DNA of 63,856 bases, filler included, from Folioceros fuciformis (Eukaryota): NCBI GenBank assembly GCA_049999805.1. It is 6 parts of 6 records of this genome, joined end to end, with 100 filler letters (N's around TTAATTAATTAA, not from the genome) between each part and the next. Parts side by side here need not be neighbours in the genome. Positions count along the whole stretch, not along the records: positions 1 to 23,808 come from JBNGIO010004167.1; 5 more parts are not named here. The stretch is one strand, 5' to 3'. Numbering within the stretch: position 1 is the first letter of the stretch; every line of letters begins with the position of its first letter. Shown here piece by piece: positions 1-11,046 of this stretch. Below the pieces are notes generated by a model. The model was not told the origin of the DNA, ran no database searches, and saw only the letters and a list, made by a program, of their open reading frames with translations. Position numbers and translations under genes: made by a program.

Positions 1-386
1 ACCTAGATGCCATCAAGGCGCCACACAGGCGCCACTTGGGCGCCATGCAGCCGCCACTTGGACGCCACCTAGGCGCCACCAGGCACTACGTGGGCGCCCG
101 TGACGCACGAAATGAGCGTGCCAGTGAAGCGAGGACCCGATTGACGAGCGCCAGAAAGTGAACAAATCGCAGACGCTGGGAGCGAGAGTGTGGGCGCCGT
201 ATTGACCCCGTCTGAGGAAGTCAGGATCTCGATCAGACGTAGGAGGACATTCCTGTTATGAGCGACAGAGGCCCAAGTCGTGGACATACGATTCGGAAGA
301 AGTTGTGAGGGTAACCTGTAGAATCTACATTTCATTTCGACCAATTTCAAACTAGCTTTTTGGTTGATTTGGATCGATTTTGAAGC

Positions 387-1810
387 ATGACGTCCTCAGA
401 AAACGTCATGTTCAATATCGAGAAGTTAGATGGTACTAACTTCCCGTTCTGGAAAGAACAAGTGTATAATGTTCTAGTACAGAAGAAGCAGATCAAGCCC
501 ATCAAGCTGCTAGGAGTGAAACCTGTTAGCATGACTCAGGATGAGTGGCAGGATCTAGATGAGCTTGCTAGGTCTACCATCATGCTAACAGTGTCGAAGT
601 CGGTCTACTTCAACGTGAAAGACAAGACCACAAGTTTCGAGCTATGGCAGAAGCTGTGTGACTTGTATGAGAAGCAAAGTGCGGCTTCTCAGGTGTATTG
701 GTTGAAACAGCTGATGGACTTGAAGATGAAGGAAGGGACGAGGATGTCCGATCATCTGAATGAGTTCAATACCATTTTCAGCCAGCTCTCATCTCAAGGT
801 ATCTCGTTCCCAGATTCCGTGAGAGCTATGTTTCTGTTGGTCACATTACCAGAGAGCTGGGACACCTTCCATACGGCTCTGAGTAATTCCGCTCCTGCCA
901 GTGGTCTTACCGTTGTAAATGTAGAAGGTAGCCTATTAACAGAGGAGGTGAACAGGAAGAATATGGAACCTTCGAAAGGTTCTAATGCCCTCATGGTGAG
1001 AGGAAGGTCCACTTCGAAGGGGAAGTACAAGGAGCGAAGTTCTTCCCGTAGCAAATCTCGTAGTCGTAACAATGTTGAGTGTTACCATTGTCACAAGAAG
1101 GGTCACATCAGAAGGGACTGCGAGAAGTTCAAGAAGGAAAAAGGTAAGGAGAAGAAGCAGAGCGACAACAAGGCAGATTCGAGTATCGAGCGTGATGAGG
1201 TGAACTCTGTTGACGATGAAGATGTTCTTATCTCTTCTTCTAATGGTTCTGCACAACTGACAGCCATGGAGAGTCACTTATTCTCTAATTGGATAATTGA
1301 CTCTGGAGCATCTTTCCATGTTACTCTGCATAGGGAGTGGTTTAGCACTTATGATGCTACTAGGAAAGGATGTGTTCGGCTTGGAAATAACTACGCGTGC
1401 GAGATAGCAGGCGTTGGTGATGTGCAGCTGAAGTTCGACAACGGATCTTCATTCACACTAAAGGATGTCAGGCATGTTCCGAAGTTGACCAAAAGCATGA
1501 TTAGCGCAGGGCAGTTGGATGACGCTGGCTACCACTGTTGGTTTGGAGATCGTTCTTGGAAGATCTCCAAAGGTTCTCTTGTGATAGCTCGTGGATCGAA
1601 GTGTGGCACTTTGTACTCACTTCAGGTAACCACTGTCAAGGATCATGTGATTTGTGTAGCGGAACAGCCAAGTGTTTCCTTGTGGCATAGTCGGTTAGGA
1701 CATATGTCTCAGAAAGGAATGAAGATCTTATCTCATTTTGGTTATGTCCCTGCTCTTGACTTCTCCGATTTCTCCGTGTGTGAGCACTGTTTGTATGGAA
1801 AACAGACGAT
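387..1810 (+). mobile_element. Ty1/copia LTR retrotransposon gag-protease-GAG-pre-integrase, 3'-truncated
   Basis: The ORF has a copia gag N-terminus (IEKLDGTNFPFWK), a CCHC knuckle (CYHCHKKGHIRRDC), a protease (WIIDSGASFH) and an HHCC region (LWHSRLGH...CEHCLYGKQ). Similarity stops at about 1810, where unrelated AT-rich sequence begins. Confidence 0.95.
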
Positions 1811-1914
1811 TGACAATAGTGTTGCATTTATGTGCTTGAGTGATGTACTTTGTTGCACAAATAAGTAAATAAGTCAGCAAGTGCGTTTGTTGTTTTTGAA
1901 AGAAGTCTCTTATT

Positions 1915-2575
1915 AAAATAAAAAAGTGAGAATACAATCTTGTAGAGGGAAACAAGTTGAATCTAATGGTATATTGCTCGTTTTGAGATTAATCGTACAT
2001 TGGGACTAAATAGCACTTGAAGTTTTGCTCAAAACTTTAAAAACTATCTGGAAGTTTGCAATTTCGGAGCTGTTTCAGACACCATTGTGCATTCCAATGA
2101 AAAATTGACACCACAAGCTTGTAGAGCTCAATGAGAAAATTAATTCTAATGGTATATAGCTTGTTTTGAGATTAATCGTACGTTTGGGCTGAATGGCACT
2201 TGAATTTTTGCTCATAACTTTAAAAACTATCTAGAAGTCTGCAATTTCAGAGCTGTTTTAGACGTCATCAATCATCCAAGTGAAAAACAGACAACTCAAA
2301 CTTGTAGAGCACAATGAGAGGATTCTAATGGTATATAGCTCGTTTCGAGATTAATCGTACGTTGGGACTGAATGGCACTTGAAGGTCTGCTTAAAACTTA
2401 AGAAACTATCTAGAAGTCTGCAATTTCGGAGCTGTTTCAAAGGTCATCTTTCATTCAAATGAAAAAGTGAAAACATAAGCTTGTAGAGATCAATGAGCGA
2501 ATTCTTATGGTATGTAGCTCTTTTTGAGGTGAGTCGTAGTTTGGGACTGAATGGCACTTGGAGTTATGGTGAAAC
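1915..2575. repeat. Tandem satellite, ~180-bp unit, about 3.6 copies
   Basis: The anchor CTTGTAGAG occurs at 1939, 2118, 2301 and 2480 (periods 179/183/179). Each is followed by TCTAATGGTAT..TTGAGATTAATCGTAC..GGACTGAATGGCACTTGAA-like sequence. Confidence 0.93.
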
Positions 2576-2637
2576 CTTACAGTATTATAGCTAGCACAAA
2601 CCGTAAGCTATGACAAGTGCTGGAACCCCTTGATGTA

Positions 2638-3591
2638 TCACTCCTCTTCCTGCCTTGGGCGCTTGGATGCTTGTACCAAGAGCTTGGCCAGCTCTATTTG
2701 TGTGAATTGATGGAGTTCAACAACCTTCATGCTTTGCTCTAGCCTTGTTTTCTCCATGTTTTGAAGGCTCTCTAACCTTACTCTCTCCATCCTTTGGAGG
2801 TTCTCTTGCTTCACAACTTCAACTCTTGCTCACACCTCTGCAAAGTTGTAGATTGATTCAACTATCTTGTCTATCCCAATACTTGAGAGCTTCCTTTTGG
2901 CTTGCTTGGAGACTTGCTTCGCTGTAACACCTTTGAGATTTGTCACTTGATTGAAAGGTGAATCACAAGAGTGATAACCATTGGATGTCCAAGGAGGAGT
3001 AGGGCCCCTAGCAAGAGTTGTAGGGGGTGGGGATGTAGGAGGAGGAGAAGAGGCAGGAGGGAAGCTTGCTGGTGGGTTGTGAGTGTGTGATGATTGACAC
3101 ACACCTTCAAGCATCCCATATACCACACCTTCACAAACATGCATTTCAGTTAAATCCACAAAGCTTAGGTCATACGAGTTATGCATTTCTACCATCTTTG
3201 GATTGTCTGACATGAAGGAATGCAGAGCTTCCCAAGAAGCCTACTCAGAAGCATACACTCATGTGCCAAGCTTTTTGGTCTCTTGCTTATATTGCTTCTT
3301 GAGGAAGTCCATTTTGTTGCGATATTGCAAACCTGTTGGGACAAATCCCATGCAAGAGGACGAAATCCTGAGTGCAATAGCATCCTAGTGGCGGGAGGCA
3401 AGGTTCCCTTTGTGAAGATGGTTGACATACAACTCCTCGTACGCCAAGATGAGAGCATGAGTGTTGTCTCCTGTCCATGTAGCCACATTCTAGTTTCGAA
3501 GCCTAGGAATCGCTGAAACTTGTCTCCCAGATGCGCATGGGACAAGTGCTAGTTGTGTTGCCAACATGCTGTATTGGGACAGCGGATCCAT
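2638..3591 (-). pseudogene. Decayed trihelix / Myb-SANT-like DNA-binding ORF (SIP1/ASIL-like or PIF-Harbinger ORF1-like)
   Basis: One 318-codon frame from ATG 3591 contains several in-frame TAG/TGA stops and no frameshift. It reads TWTGDNTHALILAYEE..KGNLASRH*DAIA..PTGLQYRNKMDFLKKQYKQE, then a Pro-rich linker, then a coiled coil IVESIYNFAEV*ARVEVVKQENLQRMERVRLE..QIELAKL. Confidence 0.7.
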
Positions 3592-3704
3592 GGGGATCAG
3601 ATTGGGCAACTTCACGAACATTGTCTAGCACAAACAGTGAAATATCTCGGGTGCTTAAAAAAATGCATGTCAGTTGTTACGGGAAAACCGCTTTGACATA
3701 TACA

Positions 3705-3757
3705 GAGCTCTGTCCGTTAAAAGTAGGGAGCAACCCTACTTTTAACGGACGGAGCTC
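3705..3757. repeat. Near-perfect hairpin (24-bp arms, 5-nt loop)
   Basis: GAGCTCTGTCCGTTAAAAGTAGGG-agcaa-CCCTACTTTTAACGGACGGAGCTC; 23/24 positions pair. Confidence 0.95.
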
Positions 3758-4020
3758 CATTTCCTTTTAAAAGATCATTTCATGGACTACGCGACGGACA
3801 GAGGTGTTCCAATATTCAATGTAAGTAGCCCTTCAGTCGCATTGCTACATACAGTACTTCGGTTTCTATAACGAACGTCTTCTTCATTTTCGTCATTATG
3901 GAGATAGTTGGACCTAAAGCTTGGTGTACCATCGTTGGTTGGCTTGTAATATCAGACCAGACGCAATGGTAAAACCCTTTTAGATATACCCTTTATGAAG
4001 GATATGTAGAAAGAAGGGCG

Positions 4021-4204
4021 AGGCGCAATCGGTCACTGTGAAAGTAATGAGGTGCTTGGCCATGCCCGCCATACCAACGCCGTGGGGAATGGGTTACCCG
4101 TTGGGCATGAGCTATTGAGGAATGTGGCCGTTGATCGCATGCGGGCATGGCCAGGCACCTCAAGACTCGTGCGCTCATTACTTTCGCAGTGACCACTAGC
4201 GCCT
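4021..4204. repeat. Imperfect foldback (MITE-like or hairpin RNA)
   Basis: Paired blocks are AGGCGC/GCGCCT, GGTCACTGTGAAAGTAATGAG/CTCATTACTTTCGCAGTGACC (20/21) and GAGGTGCTTGGCCATGCCCGC/GCGGGCATGGCCAGGCACCTC (20/21). Confidence 0.9.
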
Positions 4205-4403
4205 GCCTAAAAAAGGTACCTCAGGGTTACCATGCCATGGAGGCTGAGAGGAAGGCGTGTGGATGAGAAGAGTATGGCATGCGAAAGCGGACAGAAATTG
4301 TTTGCCCTCGTTTGTAGCATAAAAACCATAATGAATGATTGCTTTGGTGCTCAGACGGAAATTATTCTCCTTGCCAAGGAGGACATCTGCATTGGCACCA
4401 AAA

Positions 4404-4925
4404 TACTAGAGTCTTCTGGAAGCATATGAATCTTGTTTCCCCTTCTCTAAGTGAAAGCACTCCACACACCCATGGTATGATGGCTATCCCTTTTTATTTG
4501 AAGAGTGTGATTCCTCCAGCTTCTCGCACCTTTGCACGGCCCTCCTCACCAGAAGGCATATCGGGATGGAGAGGGCGATGCTTCACCCTCGCCAGCACCT
4601 CCACCTTCTCTTGCCTTTCCACTATATATGGCCCGCCTCTAATGAAAGGCAGATTGGGATGGAGGGGGCGGTGCCTCACCCTTGTTGCACCTCCACCTCC
4701 TCGTGCATTATGGCTTTGTCAAGAGGCCTTGCTCAGGATGTTTGTTGTGGATTGTTAGGTGTGAGGCGCACATATCGGGGAGCATGGAGGGAGACGTGGG
4801 TTGGAGAGGCACTTGGGAGGCAGCCCTATGGTTTGATCTGCTTATGCAAATACTTCCCCTTGTCAAACGCCAAATTGCCCAAGTTTGCACATGCCCGAAA
4901 GTGGCAAACAAATGTGTAGAATCAT
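4404..4925 (+). repeat. Left repeat block: part A (~4404-4720) is inverted at 8880-9292; part B (~4755-4925) is direct at 8225-8690
   Basis: CCTCACCAGAAGGCATATCGGGATGGAG at ~4544 matches reverse-complement CTCCATCCCGATATGCCTTCTGGTGAGG at ~9106. GGAGCATGGAGGGAGA occurs at ~4779 and ~8249. Part A contains ~90-bp subrepeats. Confidence 0.85.
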
Positions 4926-6383
4926 GACTGCTTATAGCCTGCTGCACAAGCAAGGCCTGCTCACAGTCCACCAGTCCACAAACGTAGCCATATTCGTCTA
5001 ACCGCATCCACGTTCAACGAAAGCACGGCTTATAGCAAATTCATGTATGCAAAAAAGCTCACAATTTTGGGGAAGGTTGTTGCACAAGCAAGGCCTGCTC
5101 AAGAGTCCACCAGTCTATTGACACAACCATATTCGTCTAGCCGGCTCATGGCAAATCAACATACACAAAAAGGTTCACAAATCCGAGTAGCAACCACGTA
5201 AATTCTACATTCGCTACACCTCCAGTGTCTACAACCACCCCCCCACCCGAGCCTCAACAAAAGCAGTGCAACAGATTAAAGTGCCTAGCCTAAATCTACA
5301 CACAACCCCAACCCCCTTCTGCCTGCCTACCTCTTCTACATGCACCCAACATCTACAGCAAGCTTCTCTAGGCTAGCCTTCACCATATCCAGCCCTACTA
5401 TGACCATTTCCACCATTGTCTACAAAACACCACCATGGACAAGGCAATGCAAATAGCATGCCTCACTCAGTTTGTACTGTCACTCACCCCCTCCAATGCA
5501 CACATCTTGCCCTTCACCTCACTCCCACCCCCCTTGTTGCCACGCTTGCAAATCTCGTCACTCACACACAAAGAAGCACCTGCAAATGCACGACGTTTGC
5601 CATTTCCATCCCTCACACACTCAACTACACGTCGTCTCCCTCCCCAGCCGCTCACTACATGCAATGCTTGCCGCTTCCTTGCCCCTACGCGACATCTATC
5701 TGCACTACTCTCCTTTGCCTCCTCCTTTGAGGAAGCATCCTCCGTGTATTGCACACTGGGTTTAGGGTTGCATATTGTATTGCACACTGCTATACCCTAA
5801 ACCCGTGTACTGAACTTAGCAACCTCCATTGAATGCCTGGCAACTTCCACTAGCGATGCAATGAGAGGATTCCGAGAGACAGGACATTCGCTATGAACGA
5901 TGCCAGGGCTGCTGCAGGCTGTCCGCACTAGGCCATCCACGCATGAGGCAAGGGAGGGCTACGTAGTGTCTCCCGTGGAAGAAAGGCAGCGAGGTGAGGG
6001 GGGCAAGAGAAAGCATGGGTTGTTGCAGTGGAAGGGAAGAGCGGGGATTGCCATGGAGCCGGTAATTGTGTTGAATGCCGCAGACGTTGAGNNNNNNNNN
6101 NNNNNNNNNNNNNNNNNNNNNNNNNNNNNNNNNNNNNNNNNNNNNNNNNNNNNNNNNNNNNNNNNNNNNNNNNNNNNNNNNNNNNNNNNNNATGGGAGGG
6201 GAGGAAGCGGCCACCACGCCTGCCCCAAATGATACAAATGTGGAGGGTGGAGAAGACGAGACGCCTAGGTAGGAGAGGTGTTCATTATAGCCCGCAAAGT
6301 TGCTAGAAATGTCATTGGAAACGAGGCAGACAGAAGGAATATTAAAAGACATGGCTAGGCGGCTCAGCTGTACGGAGTAAACA

Positions 6384-7655
6384 TTGAGGCAATGGCTAGC
6401 AGGTTGTCCGTGGTGGACTAGTGCATATGCGGGGCAGAACTTGATAATGGCGGAAGTGGTATCGATCATAGTGCAACATGTGGCAACAGCTAAGCAGGGT
6501 GTGACATGGGGGGTTGGTGTAGTCAGAGCGGCGTTTCATGATGTGTTGTACAACTTGCTTAGGTGGAAAATTGCAGTTGCATTGTGGGCATTGCAACCAG
6601 ATGCTTTGGCAAATGAGAGACACGCTTCGCATCCAGCAGGTGTAGTACACAAACAGGACGTCGATTGTGGAATGTAAGTGCCTGCCGTGTGCATAGTTGA
6701 GAGGAGGAGGGAGAATTGGTGGACTTGGGTGCTTGGAGAACATAAGTTCTGCTGGTTGTTGTAACCACTTGTAATGAGTGCTGACCATACATTTTGCTGT
6801 AGCATATGACAAGATGTATAAGTTTCATATGAGGGTGCATGCAGCCATAGATGGGGCCACACACTATGTAACGTGGGCAGTTTTGGCCGATAAAAAGAAG
6901 GCTGAAACAATTTTTGATGCGCACAATGGGGCAGTAGAGAAGTTTGGGCATTTACAGCGACTCCGATCAGACTTTGTAGTGGAGCATAACCTAGAAGAGG
7001 TAGACTTCATGAGAGCGAGACCTCGAGAGAATGGTAACAACTTCATTATCGGCCCATCTGTTCACAATCAGGTGAGGATGAAGAGGTAAACCTAGGGTGG
7101 AAATATAGGGTGCACAGAGAAAGGGGGTGAGGTTTGATTGAAGAAATAGCTTGCTAAGGTGGAACTTGTGGGCATGCCATGCCATAATCTGGTGGTGGAG
7201 GGGTGTGGGTGTTTAGTGTAGAGGATTGAACACTTTTGGTTCTTAATGAAGGAGAAGTGGGGGTTTTTGTATAAGGGTACATGCTGGATTTGCAAGAGAG
7301 CAATGAGTTGGACATGACAAACCCATGGCATGTGCACTCGCTACATGCAACATTCATGCCTACAATAAGGAAGGAGCTAGTCACCTTCATCAGAGTTTGG
7401 AACTTGCACAAAGTGAGGAAAATGGTTTCTAGAGATGGGTACATTCCAAGCCATGTTCCAATCGAGGCATTCCAAGAAGCAGAGCGCCTTGCTGGGCTTG
7501 TTAGGCCACCTCCATATAGTGTGGACAATGAAGATGATGGAGATTACATGGTTCCAAGGCTCCAATTTACACGGAATAATGCACCTAAGGTGTGGACCTT
7601 GCGACAAGTTCTATTGTTGAGAGGGGTAAGGCAAGTGGGGTGTGATGTTGGATGA
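6384..7655 (+). mobile_element. Degenerate intron-containing IS3EU-like DDE integrase/transposase
   Basis: Removing GT-AG introns 6674-6802 and 7072-7221 gives ..YDKMYKFHMRVHAAIDGATHYVTW..KKAETIFDAH..AVEKFG..RLRSD..FIIGPSVHNQ^RIEHFW..LDMTNPWHVHSLHATFMPTIRKELVTFIRVWNLHKVR. This matches the DK..HxxIDG..RSD..GxSVHNQRIE..WNxHxxR signature. There is a frameshift near 7279. Confidence 0.8.
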
Positions 7656-7908
7656 AGGTTTGTGTTACATGTCCTCACCCACAAGCTGGCTATGTAGGAG
7701 TTGGAAGATGCGAGAGATCGGACATACGTATTGGGCTGGAGTGTACAGACTACCTACTAGATGCATATTGCTTGCATCGGGCCTTGACATCAGTGTGCTT
7801 GTATAGTAGACGATGAGGTGTCTGCCTTGAAGAACAAGTTTGGATGTGGAGGGAGGAGAAGTGTAGCCTATGGACATGGTAGGCTATCAACCTACTGCGA
7901 GGCCTTTT

Positions 7909-7970
7909 GGTGGAAGGAGAGTAGAGTGGTGGAAGGAGAGTAGAGTGGTGGAAGGAGAGTAGAGTGGTGG
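7909..7970 (+). repeat. 19-bp tandem repeat x3
   Basis: (GGTGGAAGGAGAGTAGAGT)3 followed by GGTGG. Confidence 0.95.
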
Positions 7971-8224
7971 TAGGAGGTCACTTGTGGAAGCGATGTGGAC
8001 GTTCAACAATGTTATGAGCTAGAATGAGATAAAATCAATCGCACTTAGTAGGTTGACTGTGGACAATTAGAAAGGCAGAAAAATCAGACACCTATGATTG
8101 CGAGCAATTAGCGTTACAATTGGTAAGAACACTGTTTGCAATAAGATCGGGCAACTAGGCAAAATATGGGCAACCATTGAAGTGTGTCAAAAATCGGGCA
8201 AGGAAGGATATTTATTGCGGAATG

Positions 8225-9292
8225 TGAGTTGTGAGGCATACATAGTGAGGAGCATGGAGGGAGATGCGGGCTAGAGAGGGGCTTGGGAGGCATCCCTGCA
8301 GCCGTGGAGGGTGGCTAAAATGCGTGGTATGGATGGAGAGCTTTCGAGTCGAAACCATTCTCAGAAAACCTTGCTATCCGAGTTCCAAGTTCCAACAAGC
8401 ATTCCAAGTTGTCACATATTTGTGTTGGTCGAGTCTAGCATCCAATGTCAAACTGCTAGCAATAAACTCATCAGCTTGTAGTCCCCATGGTTCGATCTGC
8501 TTATGCAGATGCTTCCCCTTCACGAATGTTGGATTGTCCAACTTTGAACATGCCTAGACAAGGCACATGAAAGTGACAAAATCATGACCAGCTATGCTTC
8601 TCCTTGCATGGCAACGTAAAGACCGAGGGCTTTGTGCCCCATACCCTGTCGGAAGTATTCGACACAAATGTGATTGAATCAGGTATGGTGATGCATTCTT
8701 GCTGCATTTCACTGTAAAGTAGAAGATCTTGCTGGCACTTTGTGAGCATCTAGTACTGCGATGCCAAAGGGCAATCAATGTCGGGCTGCATGTGAGGCGC
8801 CCCAGCAGCCCTTCATGTGGTTCAGTTGCCCCTTAGCCACAAGGGTTGTAGGCACTAGCCATGGAGTGTGCCTAGAGCATGGATGGAGCTAGAGGCGCGA
8901 GCGAGGGTGAGGCACCGCCCTCTCCATCCCGATCTGCCTTTCACAGAGGCAGGCCCTGCAAAGCCGTAAGGCAGGAAGAGGTGGAGGTGCGAGCGCGGGT
9001 GAGGCACCACCCCCTCCATCCCGATCTGACTTTCGTACAAGCGGGCCGTGCAAAGTCGTAAGGTAGGAGTAGGTGGAGGCATGGGCGAGGGTGAGACATC
9101 GCCCCCTCCATCCCGATATGCCTTCTGGTGAGGGGGGCTGTGGAGTTGGAGGAATCTCACTCTTCAAATAAAAAAGGACAGCCATCACAGCATGAGTTTG
9201 TGGAGTGCCATCACAGCATGAGTGTGTGGAGTGCTTTAGCTTTCACTCAAAGAAGGGTAAACAAGATTCATACGCTTGCAAGAATGCTCGAG
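8225..9292. repeat. Right repeat block (direct copy of B plus inverted copy of A with three ~90-bp subrepeats)
   Basis: See the 4404-4925 entry. CTCCATCCCGAT recurs three times between 8920 and 9120. Confidence 0.85.
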
Positions 9293-9429
9293 AGCTAAAA
9301 TGGCCACTTCGGTTGGCGTTCCAAAGCAAGCACTCCACATTTCAAATCAGTAAAGCATATTCTCAAAGATACCCAAATGATAAACAATTGAAGAGAGGGA
9401 GGGTATGGCCGCTTTGGCATGCCATACAA

Positions 9430-9550
9430 GAGGATGTGGAAGAGCTTGCGAATGTGCTTCACACGCAGCTAACCATTCCTGGCTTTGGAATCACGCTTTG
9501 CAATGGTTAGCCGCATAAAGCCCATTAGCAAGCTCTTCCACTACGTCTTC
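9430..9550. ncRNA. Pre-miRNA-like imperfect stem-loop (candidate only)
   Basis: GTGGAAGAGCTTGCGAATGTGCTT..GCAGCTAACCATT pairs with AATGGTTAGCCGC..AAGCCCATTAGCAAGCTCTTCCAC around a loop of about 24 nt. No known miRNA was recognised. Confidence 0.35.
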
Positions 9551-9899
9551 ATGGGGCAAAAGCTAATCCCATCACAAGCATATGTTTCTATGGGATCAGC
9601 TCAAGTGGTGCTTCAAGTGCCCATCACCAGAAAAGCCTTGTGGGTTTGGAGCTTCCAGTCCAATTCCTCGATTTCAGCACACTCGACAGCCGAGTGAGAC
9701 ATATCTAAATAGATTCAAATCCATCAGACAAGTTCACTCAGAAAGTTCACAAATTACAGCAAGTACATGTAAGCAAAATGCAATGATCCACATCACAACG
9801 TGCTTTCTTGTCCTCCGGATCCCCACATACATGTATCACGAAGTATGTGTACCATCACAAACTGTAGAGCGTTTTTTCCTCAACACATACAGACACCAA

Positions 9900-10535
9900 C
9901 TACTGTACAGTGTACTGCCTGTCCAGATCAACCACAATGAGATCGTCCACAAATGGGAGCAACTTCTCTTGTTGCACAGCCTCCTGTCTGGGGTCCGAGC
10001 TGAACTTGGCCAAATCGTCCACGGACTCGAACCTCAGCACCAAGGCCCACCCGTAGCCCTGGCTTCTGTGCTTAGAGAAGTCGACACCCACGCTGCTTCC
10101 CACTGCATACAAGGCCTTGATTTGCTTCTCGACCTCCAGCAAGGGCGTCACATCCTCCTGCCTCACGCCGTCCTTGGGCCTCGCAAGCACCACGCGCACG
10201 GCACCAAGCTTACTGCTGGGGACGACATCATCAGGACTTTTCTCCCAGTCCACTGCTATAACATCATCCACGACAGTAGTCCCAAATTGCACCACTCGTT
10301 GATGTATGGGGTGCACATTGTACGCCTCCAGATGCGCCTTGTCCTTGTACCTGCTATAGAGAGCGTGGGTGAAGCCTGCCCGCAAAGGCCCCACGGCAGG
10401 CCCGGCGGTGAGCTCCAACGCCTCCTCCAGCTTCTCCAAGCCCCTCAAATCTGCCTCCAGAGCGGCCGATGTCTCGGGGGGAGAGCCCTCCTTCAACCTG
10501 AACAACACCACATGCCCTCCAATGCTTGAAGCCAT
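9900..10535 (-). CDS. Stress-responsive A/B barrel (Dabb) protein with two domains, intronless
   Basis: Motifs HVVLFRLKEG, GFTHALYSRY..HLEAYNVHPIH and DVIAVDW. A second repeat includes RSQGYGWALVLRFES..LPFVDDLIVVD. Confidence 0.92.
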   Translation of the reverse strand: MASSIGGHVVLFRLKEGSPPETSAALEADLRGLEKLEEALELTAGPAVGPLRAGFTHALYSRYKDKAHLEAYNVHPIHQRVVQFGTTVVDDVIAVDWEKSPDDVVPSSKLGAVRVVLARPKDGVRQEDVTPLLEVEKQIKALYAVGSSVGVDFSKHRSQGYGWALVLRFESVDDLAKFSSDPRQEAVQQEKLLPFVDDLIVVDLDRQYTVQ

Positions 10536-10664
10536 GCTCGCCGATTATGAGTCTGCTTCACCCTCGTGCCAGCCCACTTTCAAGATCAGCTTCTCAAGGT
10601 TGTCATTGTTTACCGGGTCCAATCGTCTTAAAGCACTGTATCACCATCATCGCACAGTGGAGAA

Positions 10665-11046
10665 GACTCCCGTAGGTGGATCCCACGTATTCGCGGCCGA
10701 AGAAGGACGGTGAATGAACGACAACATTTTGTAACTTTCTGGGAAGCCGCAGGTCCCGACTATCGAAGCTGCATACGACATTGCGTTCAGTCCGGCGTCT
10801 GCAAATGGGGCAGGGGGAGCCGCATCCAGCCCGCAGCCCATTTCCCACAAGGGACTCCCGTAGGTGGATCCCACGTATTCACGGCCGAAGAAGGACGGTG
10901 AACGAGCGACAACTTCTTGTAACTTTCTCAGAAGCCGCAGGTCCCGACTATCGAATCTGCAAACGACATTGCCTTTCAGTCTGGCGTCTGCAAATCGAGC
11001 CAGGGAAGCCACATCCAGCCCGCAGCTATGGCCATTTCCCACAAGG
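10665..11046. repeat. Tandem duplication of a 188-bp unit upstream of the Dabb gene
   Basis: GACTCCCGTAGGTGGATCCCACGTATTC..CCATTTCCCACAAGG starts at 10665 and again at 10853. Confidence 0.95.

Noticed and set aside
3287-3478. SWIM-like CYC..HGICP motif suggesting a MULE transposase
   Set aside because: It is in an alternative frame of the much better supported Myb/SANT-like reading.
9582-10529. 315-aa plus-strand ORF
   Set aside because: It is an antisense shadow of the GC-rich Dabb CDS. The same applies to 22557-23264, 22922-23467, 13367-13690 and 49363-49989.
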